NCBI GenBank assembly: GCA_977017645.1 | Contig: OZ360234.1 | Span: forward strand, 65,658,001 to 65,722,000 | Reading direction: 5' to 3' | DNA from: Torpedo marmorata | Lineage: Eukaryota | Length of the DNA: 64,000 nucleotides | Part shown: positions 1 through 12,623 of the stretch, in pieces | How positions within the stretch are numbered: the first letter of the stretch is position 1 | Layout of the letters: each line of letters starts with the position of its first letter | Notes under the pieces: model-generated | What the model saw: only the letters and a program-made list of their open reading frames with translations | Databases searched by the model: none | Told to the model about the DNA's origin: nothing | Position numbers and translations under genes: made by a program

Positions 1-250
1 AATGCTTGAGTATGAGGGACAAGAGCATTTTGTTAACACCCCTTTCTATTTCTGAATTGCACACAAAGAATTTTCCTGTCTTTTAAAATTCGAAGAGCCA
101 CTTAGCAATCAGCAGAAAAAAAAATTCAGCAAAACTCTGTGTAATCATTTGCACAAAACAAGATGAATAAAGAGACCACAGTGGTAAGTTGTAGCCTATG
201 TTTACCAGAGAATATTATTACTAAGCTGGAGACATGGGAGTTCCATACTT

Positions 251-1501
251 TTTAAAAAAATATATTTTATTTAAAATTTTAAATCACAAAATACATAAGG
301 TAAAATATAAAATTATCAAAATGCTTGTGATACATTTTCACCCCCCTCTCTCCCTCCCCTCCCTAACCCTCCCATCCCTACTAATATATTAAAATAAAAA
401 TAAAAAAGAAAGAAAAAGATAGAATAAGGAGAATGTCAATCTAAAAAAAAGATCTATAAACTAATTTTATTATGGAGGTTAGGTTCGCCAGTCAGATCCG
501 ATGTCCTGAGATCTTCAAATCCTTAAACCAACAACCTTCATATATGGGCTCCATATTTTCAAAAAGAAATGATATTTATTACGTAAATTGTAAGTAATTT
601 TTTCAAGTGGTATACATGAACGAAGTTCTGCATGCCATCTTTCTAACCCTAAATCTACATCAGATTTCCAAGTAATAGCAATACATTTCTTAGAAACAGC
701 TAAAGCAATTCGCAAAAATTCTATTTGATACATATTTAATTTCATCTTAATACTAACTCTTTTAATATCTCCAAATAAAAATATCATAGGGTCCATTGGG
801 AATGTAATTTTTAATACTTTATCTAAAAACTTTTTAACTTTCAACCAAAAATCATAAACTTTTGGACAAAACCATGTAGAATGTACAAAAGAACCTTCTT
901 CTTTATTACATCTAAAACATAAGCCTGATAATGTCGCATTAAATTTCTTAAATTTTTTAGGTGTTAAATATAATTGATGGAAAAAATTATATTGAACAAA
1001 TCTATATCTAACATTAATAATCTTCGTCATACTTAATTTACATAATTATTTCCAATGATCTTCATCTATTGTTACATTCAAATCTGATTCCCATTTTAAT
1101 CTTGACTTATGAATTCCTACTTTAGGGGTTTTTCTCTGAAACAATCTATACATTTGAGAAATAAATTTATTTACACCCCCGTTAGTAACTAATAATTCTA
1201 ACTCACTCTGTCTTGGTAAAATCAAATTATAACCTAATTTCCCAACTAAAAATGCTCTAATTTGATAATAAGCAAAAAGTGTATTATCCAATACATTAAA
1301 CTTATCTTTCATTCTTTGAAAAGTAATACATTTACCAGCTTCAAAACAATCATTTATTTTCTTAATTCCCTTTTGAAACCAAATTTTAAATAATTGATTA
1401 TTAACAGTAAATGGAATAAGTTTATTTTGATATAAAGGCATTTTTTGAGAAATCATCCCTTTCCCTCCTATCTCCCTATCCACTCTATTCCATATTTCTA
1501 A
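251..1501 (-). mobile_element. 5'-truncated L1-clade LINE (ORF2 C-terminus plus 3' UTR) with 15-bp TSD
   Basis: ORFs 1046-1483 and 515-1030 (-) encode an ORF2 C-terminus with the zinc knuckle CFRC...HSTWFC, broken by a stop. G-rich tract and AATAAA/A-rich end lie in the 3' UTR. gggagttccatactt occurs at 236-250 and 1502-1516. Confidence 0.9.
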
Positions 1502-3177
1502 GGGAGTTCCATACTTGATCGCTTATTATAAAATGACATACACTGTTTTTACTTCACGAATTGATTTGTATCTGCCCTGTACGACTGCCAGAAATTAGAT
1601 GTGATTAGGGAGCTGATTGAGGGGAGGAAGTGTTTGCACACTCAAGTGTCACCTGTCAACACTTAACAAGTCCTGACCTTAATCAGTCTCCTGATCCATC
1701 TATCCATCCAACATAAAATGATACTCTTCCCTGTGTTCACCCACGATTGAGATGATCAATCAATCTATCTACACTCAAATTGTGAGCTTATTTCATGATC
1801 TCTACACAGCATTAGCCTCAGACTTCAAAATAAAAGGATGCTGTGCTTCGTTCTGGATTCCTTTTTTATCAATAGGGAAAGAATGCTGAAAATGTTTCTG
1901 TGACCAGACATTTAACAAAGCTCTCCCACAGTTAATAGATCTGATCTTTGATCTATCTTGTGGCTCATGCTGGCAAGAGCCAATGAACAAAGCAGACTCC
2001 ATGTGAACTAAAATTGGAGAAAGATTTGGGATCCTCGCCTCTTTTTCAGTTTATCAAGATTTGATTTGTGAAGTCTGGGCCCTGCTTACTGATTTTCCAT
2101 CGCTAATGTCATTTTAATACTCAGTCTCTCCAAATGAAAAAGAAGAGGTCAAAACCTCTTTCTTGAACAGTTCCTCAGTCAGAAGGTCTAGGTCTGTGCA
2201 ACAGTTCTGAGCCCCTTTTTAATTTCCAAAAGTCAGTTTACATGAACAGTTATGACAGAGTTTTTGTGAAGTCGTGTAGTATTGGAGACAGCTGAGAAAA
2301 CTAGTGAATGATAGAAACCAACCGAACATCTAACTTTCCTGAGATTTGGCCATTCAGCTTTTAACAATGGAACATGTGATGCGATCTAATATTTGTACAT
2401 ATATGTAACTGCTGATGTTGCTATGCTTTGTGATGTGTTGCTCTGCACAGCGGTTGGTTGTATTCCCTAAAGCAGTGCAGTATTATGGAAAGCATTTGCT
2501 TTTTAATGGGAAAGTCTGCTTTGGATGTGTTATCATATGTTTTATGACTGAGAAATTTCAACAGGAAAGCAGAAAGCATGTAACTTTCCATTAACATCTG
2601 GTTTCCTTTTTGTTTAATTAATGTATATTCCCACAAACAGTGAAAGGGCTGTGTTTTCTAGTCCTGATGGATGAGATTGCTTGACAAGAACTCAAAGAAT
2701 ATGAATAAAATGATGCTGGCAAGTGGTGAATCTGTAACATTTTAAAAAGACGTGCTTCCACACCACACAGCATGTTGTGGTTTTAAATCTATTAGTAGGT
2801 ACAATGTCATGCACTCAGCTGGGGAATATAGATCAAGAAAAAAATAATCTCATTGGAAATAATGCTCAAACCTGCAGAGAGAGGTGAGTTGCATTTCTCA
2901 CAGAGACAGTGGTTTAATTTATGTGGGCTTGTCTTACATTCACCACCATGTCAGAAGGTCATTGGTTCAAGCCCTACTCCAGTTTATAAGTGTGTAATCC
3001 AAGTTGACACTTTGCAGTACCACAAAGAAAATGTTGCACTGCTTTCAGGTGAGATGTTCCGATGGATGTAACAGCCCATGGAGATTTGAGGAGAAAGAGC
3101 ATGTGAATATTGATAGTGACCCATTCAATAGCTGTGTCTCAACTAACCTCACCAATAATGAATTAACTTCATTATTG

Positions 3178-3422
3178 GGGCAACACAGTTGGCGTAGCGG
3201 TTATCGCGACACCTTTACAGCACCAGCGATCGGGACCTGGGTTCGAATCCTGTGCTGTATGTAAGGAGTTTGTACGTTCTCCCCATGTCTGCGTGGGTTT
3301 TCCCTGGGGGCTCCGGTTTCCTCCCACCATTCGAAACGTACCGGGGGTTGTAGGTTAATTGGGCGGCACGGACTCGTGGGCTGAAATGGCCTGTTACCAT
3401 GCTGTATGTCTAAATTTAAAAT
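3178..3422 (+). mobile_element. tRNA-derived SINE (V-SINE/HE1-like)
   Basis: A box TGGCGTAGCGG, B box GGTTCGAATCC, central GGAGTTTGTACGTTCTCCCC...GGTTTCCTCCCAC domain, (taaatt)n tail. Several homologous copies occur in the window. Confidence 0.85.
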
Positions 3423-4323
3423 TTCTATTTTACTACATTGGTATTTGTGGCCTTGCTGTGTGAAAATGATCATTTTAGCCACAGTAGAAAGTAGGTATAC
3501 TCAATTTATTGGGCTATGACTACTCTTCAAAACACTGACGTAAATGTAGGATAATTACTGACGAATTAACCACCATTAAGTCATTTATTTGTTGACTCCA
3601 GTCTTTGGTTAGAAGTCGTTGCCATTTGGAAAGAGAAATAATGTGACTGAACTTGCATTTATAAAGATGGCTGGATATTCCATACAACCCAGAGTAAACA
3701 CTGATGCAGAGTATGGAGCCAGTTCAAGCACAGGAAAGTCCCAGCGACGATAATGAATCAGCCAGCTGAATGAATACTGACACTGCTTAAGGAATTAAAT
3801 TAGCAAGATTAATGAGAAATCCCCTGCTCTTCAAAATTTGCACTTTGAGCTCTTTTACATCTGAAAAATCAAATATCACACCTCACCACCACCCCACTGC
3901 CAGAAAGTGGGCCAACATGTTACTTGAAGTTATACCTTCCCGATTCTGATAGCAAGAGTCCTACCATTAGAGTGTTTCCACTTTTAAGGATTTAATAGTT
4001 GCCACAGGGGAAGGCAGGAAGATGCTTTCTTCAGGACAGTGGTCCATTTGTAATCCTAGTGATTCAGGTTTCTCACGGGCCACAATACTGAAGGAAGTAG
4101 AGTAGATCATACTTGTACTCACTGTCTCGCATGTGATCAGAGACAAGAAGAGGGTGAAGTCCCAGAGAAGAGACTTGCAGGTGGAGTGATCTTAAAAGAG
4201 CTTGTGCCTGAAGAAAGGAAAGGGACGGGAAGGGGAGAAGTCAGCAACCAACAACCACCATGGACTGTCCTTCAGTACCAGAAAAAACATGCATACATGG
4301 AGTCAACTTCTTGCTCTAGTAAA

Positions 4324-4545
4324 GGGTGGCATGGTTAGCGTAGTGGTTAGTGCAATGCTATTACAGCACCAGTTCGAATCCGGCACTGTCAATAAGGAGT
4401 TTGTACGTTCTGACTGTAACCTGTGTGGGTTTCCTCCTCCCAGCCTCCAAAAACGTATGAGGGTTGTAGGCTACTTGGTGCATTTGGGGGGCACGGGCTC
4501 GTGGGCTGGAAGGGCCTGTTACCATGCTGTATGTCTAAATTAAAA
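4324..4545 (+). mobile_element. tRNA-derived SINE, diverged copy
   Basis: Aligns by eye to 3178-3422: B box gttcgaatcc and an identical 3' end cctgttaccatgctgtatgtctaaatt. Confidence 0.8.
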
Positions 4546-6639
4546 AAAAACCTTAGTCTCCCTTCTGCCACTCAGAGTAAGTTTGGGGCTCTGGAAAACT
4601 GTAGTCAGAACTTAACCATTAAAAAACTTTGAAAGAAACGTTTAAAATCAATGGTGTCTGTTCAAAATGCTCCTTGAGGCTCTTAAATAGGTGCAAAATT
4701 AATCAGCCAAAGAAAATGTATACCATATAATCTTTTTAAAGAAAAATCAAACTATGTTAGGCAACTTCATCTTAATATGATTGAGATATCATGATTGGTT
4801 TAATCAGTTTGTCTAAAACATTGAGACTAAAGTGGGGATAAGTCATTTGCATCTCATGGCAAGGTGAAACAGAAAATGATGCTTTCATTGAAACCAGCCA
4901 ATTACCTTTACAGAGTGATTAAAATAACAGTTCTGTGAAACTTCACAACACCTAGAGTGGTGCTCAGTTTAGGGAAAGTATAAATGCAGCCAAGAAATTG
5001 TCGAGTGTGTTGCAGTCACCAAAGGATGAGAGTGTTTTAACACTTACCCCAAAAAAGAGCTGATGGAGAGAGCATTTGGTTGCCACGGTAATATCTACAA
5101 CCAAATGAATGCAGAGATTTTGGAAGCAAGAATTGTACTTCGGATGGAGGCTTGCTTTACCTCCCCGACAAGAATTCACTTTGACCTGGTGTCTGTAACA
5201 TTTGTTATGTTAATTCTGTACACATGTGCCAGACTTTCTGTTAAGGGCCACAGTTAAAAGGCGTTCAATAAACATCCTTTGCTTGCCTTTATTAAAAAAA
5301 TGTCCAGCCATTAAGGTTCAAGGTTCCTTTTATTGTCACATAATAATACATTAAAAATGTAACATACATGATATACTTTAACCTTTGTCTGCCAAAGCTG
5401 GTGTTGCTTAGCCAAAGAAGAAACTTCAGCAGACAAAACTGGCAGGCCACATGAAGTGCTCACCAGCCAACCCCCTCTGCATGCCAGATCGCTGACTCGT
5501 TGGTTTTGCAGACCAGTCTATCGAGCCAGACTGACATTGTGCTGTTTAAACGTCGTGCCCCCAGCTTGAGTCAAATGGGAAGAGAAAGCACACCAGGAGA
5601 CTGACTGGATCCTTGAACGGATTTTGTCCTCCTCTGGTGGAGTTAGAAATAGGGACAGGGGTCTTAAAATTTGTGTTGTAAGCAATTGTGTACCATGCCA
5701 AGTTCTCATTTGCAGACTGGAAGAGTAATGGCCAGTAACCTATGCATGACAAACTTTATTCGCAGGCTGTAATGGTGGAATAGTGGAACACTTTCCCTTA
5801 TTCCAATCCCCTCCACCATAAACAGCTGCAACTCAACTAAAATTTTGAGATTGTTAAAAACTACTGGTCATGAAGAGGAGGAAATAAAGGCCTTTTTGGG
5901 TGGGTCATATTGTTAGTTAAGGACAAAGCTGGTGGTGGTCATCAGTAAACATGCCAAAACAATGCAGACAATAATTAGCAATGGAAATAGAATAGGTTCT
6001 TGGAACATGGCTTTGGGCCCTTTGTGCCCCAACTAGTTCAGTGAAAGAAGCAGCTACTGTATTGTCCCACATTGATGATTTTTGCTGTTAACTAATCCAT
6101 TTGAAATGAGAGGACAAAATTGTCAAAGTGTTTGTGCTTTGCTTGGATGGCATGTTGGATATTGCCACACATTCCGTTTGCCAAGAGGTATGTGCATGGC
6201 AGTGATATTAGAAAGGGCTTCACGATTGGTCCCTAATAACATGGATGTGAGGTATAGGAATGGTTAAAAGAGCTGGTTTTGCGTTGAAGAAATGCAACAG
6301 TTGAGAAGTGGTGCTTTGGAAGTGTGGAAAGTTGTTTATGATATATAAATGTTTGTCCAAAATGTTACTTTAGCTTCAACTGTGAAGGATGGATAGGTGC
6401 AAACAATGAACAAGAATAGCTAGAAATTGTTCTTTATCCAAGGGCTGATCAAATCAATGGGTTAAGGTTCGAGGTAGAGGGATGGGGACAGATTGGTTTG
6501 GAACAATGTTGGGACCTTGCTTGATGGAAGAGGGAAGATGAACTCCCTCTTGAAGAGCGTGGCTCCTTTCTGATTCTTACACGATGATGAGGATTTTCAG
6601 CCTCGTCTGGGAAAGGAGGAAATACAAGTGCAATCTCTG

Positions 6640-6998
6640 GCCTCTTTCTTTCCATCACCCCTCTGTCTCCTTTCCTCCTGCTGCACTCTCCCTTCCCTTC
6701 CTTCTCCTATCTGAGAGCTACTTTCCTTACCCTTCTGCCCTCTCTACTTCTCAGCTTACCCTCCCACCTGGATCCACCTGTTAGCCTGTGCTCCTGCCCC
6801 CTCCCCTTCCTCCCTTCTCTCCTCCTCCACCCACCTTTTTATTCAGGCATCTCCCCGTTTTTCTACATTCCCGACGAAGGGCCCAGGCCTGAAACGTTGA
6901 CTGTCTTTTACTTCCTATGGATGCCGCGTAACCGGCTGAGTTTCTCCAGCATGTTTGTGTACTGCACTCAACCCCAGCATCTGCAGACTTTCTTGTTG
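6640..6998 (+). mobile_element. Penelope-like element 3' end (pLTR)
   Basis: Pyrimidine-rich tract, then ccgacgaagggcccaggcctgaaacgttg, ctgagtttctccagca and gcatctgcagact. This end is shared with the GIY-YIG-bearing copy at 44558-45620. Confidence 0.7.
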
Positions 6999-8126
6999 AA
7001 CTGGAAGTCTGGAGAATTGCTTCAATTTATAGAGAAGTCTCTTTCAATGAAGCTGCTAACAGGAATCTAGGTTCAGAGGAGTGGTGTGACAGGTTTGAAT
7101 TTAAATTGCAGCTGAACATTAAAATTAATATTCAAATCAGATGTTTATACTCCTTTATGCTCCATGTAGTAAACTGCCAGCCGTTGTAGCTGTGCCAGTT
7201 TCACAGTGGGTTCAACCCTTTATCAGGTCATTGAGCAATGTTGGGGCATTCGCAGTGCAGGGTGTGGAGATCCTGTTGAGAGTTGATCTGTTTTATTTTC
7301 CTCAGAGGTCAGTTGAACTAATCTTGACAGTGAGCAACTGGTTCAAAGTCTTGGTGTGTTTTTCTATGCTAAAGATAGGATGTTACAGCACAGAAAGAGA
7401 CGAGTAATTGGAATGCAAACAAATCCTGCAGATGTTGGAAATCTGAAATAAAAACAAAGACATTGACCTGAAACATTAGCTCTTTCTCTCTGCACAGATG
7501 CTGCCCAACCTCATGAATATTTCCAGCAATTTCTTTGTTTTATTACAGAAGGAGGCTATTTGGCCCTTCATGCCTGTACCACCTCTTTGAAAGAGCAAGC
7601 TAATCAGTTCCATTTGCACATGTCACTGGAAATTTCTCATTTACAAGTATAAGCAGTTTCCTGCTCAAAACTATTTTAAATTTGCTGCCACCGCCCTCTG
7701 AGGCCATGTCGTCGACATCATCAACATCTATCCTTTGTTCATTTTACTCTTGAATTTTTGGCCAATTATCCTAAATCTGTGTCCTTGCTATCTGCCTTTC
7801 CAGTCAATGGAAAGTGTTTCTCCCTTCTATCCCACCAGAGTGCCACAGATAGAGGTGCCACAGAAATGTCTAAATGTTTGCTGGTTACCTTTCCTATGTC
7901 CAATGGATCTTGGAGCACAAGCAGGGGAGATAACAGGACCGGGGTAGGGGGGTGGGGGTGGGGGTGGAATAATACTTTGTCTCTCTAGATAAATGCACTT
8001 TCTTTATGCTTTATACTTCACTTTTGCCAGTGGTTACCTGGAATGTGAGCAAGAAAAGTGTCTACCAAAATAATTGGTCACAAGGACAGGTAGAAGAAAT
8101 CAACTTTTAACTTGACATTGCTGAGA

Positions 8127-9890
8127 AACAGTTTTTGGGAGTCACTATCTTGGAGGATCTTTCCTGGACACTAATGGCATTGTGAAGAAATCCTGTCAGA
8201 ACATCTACGTCCTGAGGGGTTTGCCGAGGTTTGGTATGACACCGGAAACCCTGCCAAATTTCTACAGATGTGTGGTGGAAAGTGTGCTGGCCGACTGCAT
8301 CGCGGTCTGGTATGGGGACACCAATACCCCTGAGTGTAAAGTCCTGCAAAAGGTAGTGGACACAGCCCAGGACATCACAAGCAAACCCCTCACCACCGTC
8401 AAGAACATCTACAGGGAACGCTGCTGTCGGAGGGCAGCAGCAACCATCAAGGATCCACATCATCGAGCACACTCTCGGCCTCCAACACCATTATTCCCTC
8501 AGTGCTGGTCAAGAAGCTACAAACTCTAGGCCTCTGTACCCCCCTCTGCAACTGGATCCTTGACTTTCTCATCGGAAGACCACAGTCAGTACGAATTGGA
8601 AACAACGTCTCCTCCTCACTGATTATCAACACAGGCGCACCCCAAGGATGCGTGCTTAGTCCACTGCTCTACTCGTTATACACTCATGACTGTGTGGCCA
8701 GGCACAATTCCAATGCCATCTACAAGTTTGCCGATGACACCACAGTTGTCGGCAGAATCACAAACGGCAATGAGGAAGCGTACAGAAGGGAGATAGATCA
8801 GCTTGTTGAATGGTGTAATGGCAACAACCTTGAGCTCAACGTCAGCAAAACCAAGGAGATGATTGTGGACTTCAGGAGGAAGTCAGGGGAACACGACCCA
8901 GTCCTCATCGAGGGCTCAGTCATGGAGAGGGTCAAGAACTTCAAATTCCTGGGTGTCAACATCTCCGAGGATCTGTCCTGGAGCATCCACGTGGATGCAA
9001 TCACAAAGAAGGCTCGTCAGCGGCTATACTTTGTGAGGTGTTTGCGGAGATTTGGTATGTCACCGAAGACTCTGGTAAACTTCTACAGGTGTACCGTGGA
9101 GAGCATTCTGGCGGGTTGCATCACTGCCTGGTATGGAGGCGCCAACTCCCAGGACAAGAGTAAACTCCAGAAGGTTGTTAACTCGGCCTGTGACATCACA
9201 GGCACCAAACTTCTACATGAGGCGGTGTCTTAAAAAAGCAGCCTCTATCCTCAAGGACCCCCACCACCCAGGCCATGCCCTCTTCACTCTGCTTCCATCG
9301 GGAAAAAGGTACAGGAGCCTAAAGACGAGCACTCAACGGCACAAGGACAGCTTCTTCCCCGCTGCCATCAGATTCCTGAATAATCAATGAACCAAAGACA
9401 CTGCCTTACTTTTCGTGCACTATTGTTTATAATTTTTTATAGTAATGTCGTTAGATGGTTAATATGAATGTTAATTGCACTATGATGCTGCCGCAAAACA
9501 CCGAATTTCATGACTTGTTCATGACAATAAATTCTGATTCTGATTCTGATTCTCACTGCTACCATCAGGAAAGAGGTATAGGTGCCACAAGGCTCATGCC
9601 ACCAGGTTCAGGAACAGCTGCTACCCCTCCACCATCAGACTCCTCAACAACAAACTCAATCAGAGACTCATTTAAGGACTTAGTTTTTCACTTTAATGAT
9701 TTATTTTCTCTCTCTGTATTGCACAGACAGGTTGTTTACATTTATTTATTTGTTCACATGTATACATATCTTCTTGAGTATAGTTTTTTGCACTACCAAT
9801 AAGTGGTAATTCTACCTTGCCAACAGGAAAAAGAATCTCAGGGTTGTATGCCATGTCATGTATGTACTCTGACAATAAATCTGAACTTTC
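8127..9890 (+). mobile_element. Older Rex1/Babar LINE 3' fragment, split in two (about 8127-8476 and 9553-9890) by a younger Rex1 insertion
   Basis: Translation RFGMTPETLPNFYRCVVESVL...IKDPHH stops near 8476. The sequence resumes with ctcactgctaccatcaggaaagaggtatagg (SLLPSGKRYR) at 9551 and ends tgacaataaatctgaactt. Confidence 0.8.
8477..9552 (+). mobile_element. Younger 5'-truncated Rex1/Babar LINE (RT C-terminal half)
   Basis: ORF 8502-9233 has RT motifs [20 protein letters not shown] and KFADDT. A frameshift near 9210 continues in ORF 9133-9390 (KDPHHPGHALFTLLPSGKRYRS). 3' tail is atgacaataaa(ttctga)n. Confidence 0.9.
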
Positions 9891-10021
9891 ATCTTTGAAC
9901 TTTAAATTTCCGCATTGTAAGTTGGATGTGGCTGTAAAATTTGTTCCTCCAAGTTTGGGTCACTCTTCTATTTGGTCACATTGGACTGTAACTCTGGATT
10001 AAGCTCTGTTGAGATTATAGT

Positions 10022-10868
10022 GCAGGAGCTCCCCAGGTTATGGAGGGGTCCCACTCCTGAGAGCTGCTTTTGAACAGACTTTTCCATCATTGGGAAAGAA
10101 ACTATCTCACCAAAAATACCAGATATCTGTTTAAGGTGAGGGGAGGAAAATTTAAGGGAGACACCTGGGGCAATTTTTTTTACACAGAGAGTGGTGGGTG
10201 CCTGGAATGCATTGCTGGGGTGGTGGTGGAGGCTGGTACAATAGGGACATTAAAAGACTCTTGGACAGGCACATGGATGCAAGAAAAATAGAGGGTTGTG
10301 GGTGTGAGGTAGGGAAGGTTTAGTTTGTTGAGTGGGTTTATGTAGGTCAGCACAACATCGTGGGCCGAAGGGCCTGTAGTGTGCTGTAATGTTCCATGTT
10401 CTAAAATCGCAACATGAAACCTTTAGCCTCAACAGCACTTGGGGGTTGATTTGCAATGAGTAGAGTGGGGAAGGTTAGTGGAGTTGTTAGCAGCAGGTGA
10501 ACTGTGACAAATGTTTGTCTGAATGCAGACAAGGTGGGGTGATATGGGAGCTGATCTGCTAATCAGCGAGGAAACTATCAGCAGTTTAATAAAAGAAAGT
10601 GTGTGCCAAGGAGAGATGGCTTGGGATTTGCAATGTTTGATCGTAGCTGAAGTAGAGTTTTGAAAAAGCATGGGGGTCTTTATGAGCACAAGAGTTTATT
10701 GTCATGTACATAAGTACGATGTGCAGATGCACAAAAACCCTTTGGATTATCTCTGTTTTGTTTCCCAGTGAAGAGATTCAAGTACTATATTTTAAAGTGG
10801 AGTATGCAAGAGTTTGCGTAAAGTCAGATTTTTGTTTTCAGGTCCTCCGTAACCTGGGTACCCCCTGT
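10022..10868. mobile_element. Degenerate Tigger/pogo-like non-autonomous DNA transposon containing a CR1 3' fragment (about 10107-10402)
   Basis: Imperfect terminal inverted repeats caggagctccccaggttatggagg and cctccgtaacctgggtaccccctg|ta. The internal segment resembles the CR1 3' ends elsewhere in the window. Confidence 0.5.
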
Positions 10869-11414
10869 ACATAACTCCTCAGTGATCATGTAAATAAAGC
10901 CTCATATTCCTGAAAGCTTCTTAATTACTACTGGAGCTCACAGCAGACATGGTAGTCATTCAGATAATTGGGTCTGAGCCAGATCCTTCTCAGAACAATT
11001 CAAAACTAATCCCATTGGCCCGCCCTGCTTTTGCATCGTCCTCCAAAAAAGAAAGCCTACTCTTCCCTTTGAAAGATAGGATGGTCCCTGCAATAGCAAC
11101 GCCAACATATGCTAACAACTCCCTCTGGAACATATGGCTTCCTGGTCCTATTCCCCTGGTTATCCACTTCATCAGTAATGCATTGACCTGGTTTCTTGCC
11201 GATAATTGACCTTGATGAGTTTGTTAAATATGACCCATTTTAATACCAATTACTTGTTCTGTTTTTGCAGCAGTACTTAATTTCAAGTCACTGGGTGCAA
11301 ATCATTTAATGGATCTGTACCTTGACTCAAAAGACTTGTTTGTGCTTTGTGGTTGAATGTAGAAAGAATGGTCCTTCACTGCAATATTCAGTTAATTGCT
11401 GGATTGAAAATTAC

Positions 11415-12445
11415 AATTATGATTCTGATTACTTTGATTGTCATGTACTAATACACAAAATGTAATACAGTAAAATCCCCATTATCCGGAATTCAAGCTA
11501 CCGGCAAAAAAATTGCAGAAAATAAATAGGTTAAAAATACGAAAGTTTAAAATTGGCACCTCCTAGCGGTCAGTTTTCCAATCATGCAACATGCAATCTC
11601 AAGCAACCGGCAAATTCACTTATCCTGCATCTATCAATCCCAATTGGTGCCGGATACCGGGGGTTTTACTGTTGTACACAAAATTCATCAACTTTTGCCT
11701 GCCTTAAAGGCACACAAAGAAGCGCCACTAACATTGCCCAGCTCCCCCAACAATAAGAGAAAGAGAAACAAGAGAGTCCCTTCAGAGACGCTGAGTGTCC
11801 ATGGACTCGCCTCCAGTGCTCCCGCAGCCTCTGCAGCTGCACAAGACTCTAGTTCGATCCATTGGCGAACCAGAGCTCCAGATCCAAACCTCTGAAACTA
11901 TCAGGAAGCTTTCAACACCTGAGGCCCTTTTGGGAGCCCTTCTTGTCCTCAGCACCCTGTCGAATCCCAGTCCCAATACCTAATTCTCATGAGCCAGTCT
12001 CCAGCAGCCTGCAGCTTGTGTGAGTCCTTCGACCACAGGTCGGCAGCAGCCTGACTGGGATCTTCAGTCACTGAGCACCTAGCTGGTCTGCTGCCGTGGT
12101 CACTGTCCTGTCGGGTCGTCTCCCAGGCTTCTCCTTCTCAGTGGGGGGATGTTCTCCTGCTCTAGTGCCCTGTGCCGGTCCGCTGATCCCCTGGAGTTCG
12201 CAACACCTCGTGGTCTGCTGCCAAGCATGGGCATTGCCACAGTAGGTACAGACCTCTGTGGTTTCTAGATGTTAAAAAAGAATTGGCCTCCTTACCAAGC
12301 TGTTTAATGCCTGAACAGGGCTGTAGGCATCATGACCAGGCAGTAGGACCCCGCGGAGGAGCACTGTGTCTCTGATCCCTGCTCTCCTGGGTCTGCACCA
12401 GCGGCAGCGCTCCCGTTACAGCAACTCCGGCAGCGCTGCCATTTT
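11415..12445 (-). mobile_element. GC-rich non-autonomous retroelement with Rex1-type tail (copy 1), interrupted by a MITE
   Basis: Colinear with 48874-49728 and 59727-60533. On the minus strand it starts aaaatggcagcgctgcc and ends atgacaatcaaagt(aatcag). Confidence 0.7.
11468..11671. mobile_element. Tc1/mariner-pogo type MITE
   Basis: TIRs cagtaaaatcccc and gggggttttactg, preceded by TA. Homologous to 40499-40714 and about 21505-21702. Confidence 0.8.
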
Positions 12446-12623
12446 GTTTATTTTTTAATGCGTGCACTCATAAAGTTCTTAACCTGTGAGACTAATGAAT
12501 CCTATGAGCAGCCTTTCGTTCTGTGTCAGAGATGAGCAGTGAGGAATCAATTTGTCTGTGTTATGCAATCGTCCAAAGCGACCTATCCTCAATGTTATCT
12601 TTTTTTATTGCTTTATTTTTCAG

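Noticed and set aside
12552-12623. N-terminal part of the 499-aa ORF
   Set aside because: It is the intronic polypyrimidine tract upstream of the acceptor at 12623, and the start codon is non-ATG.
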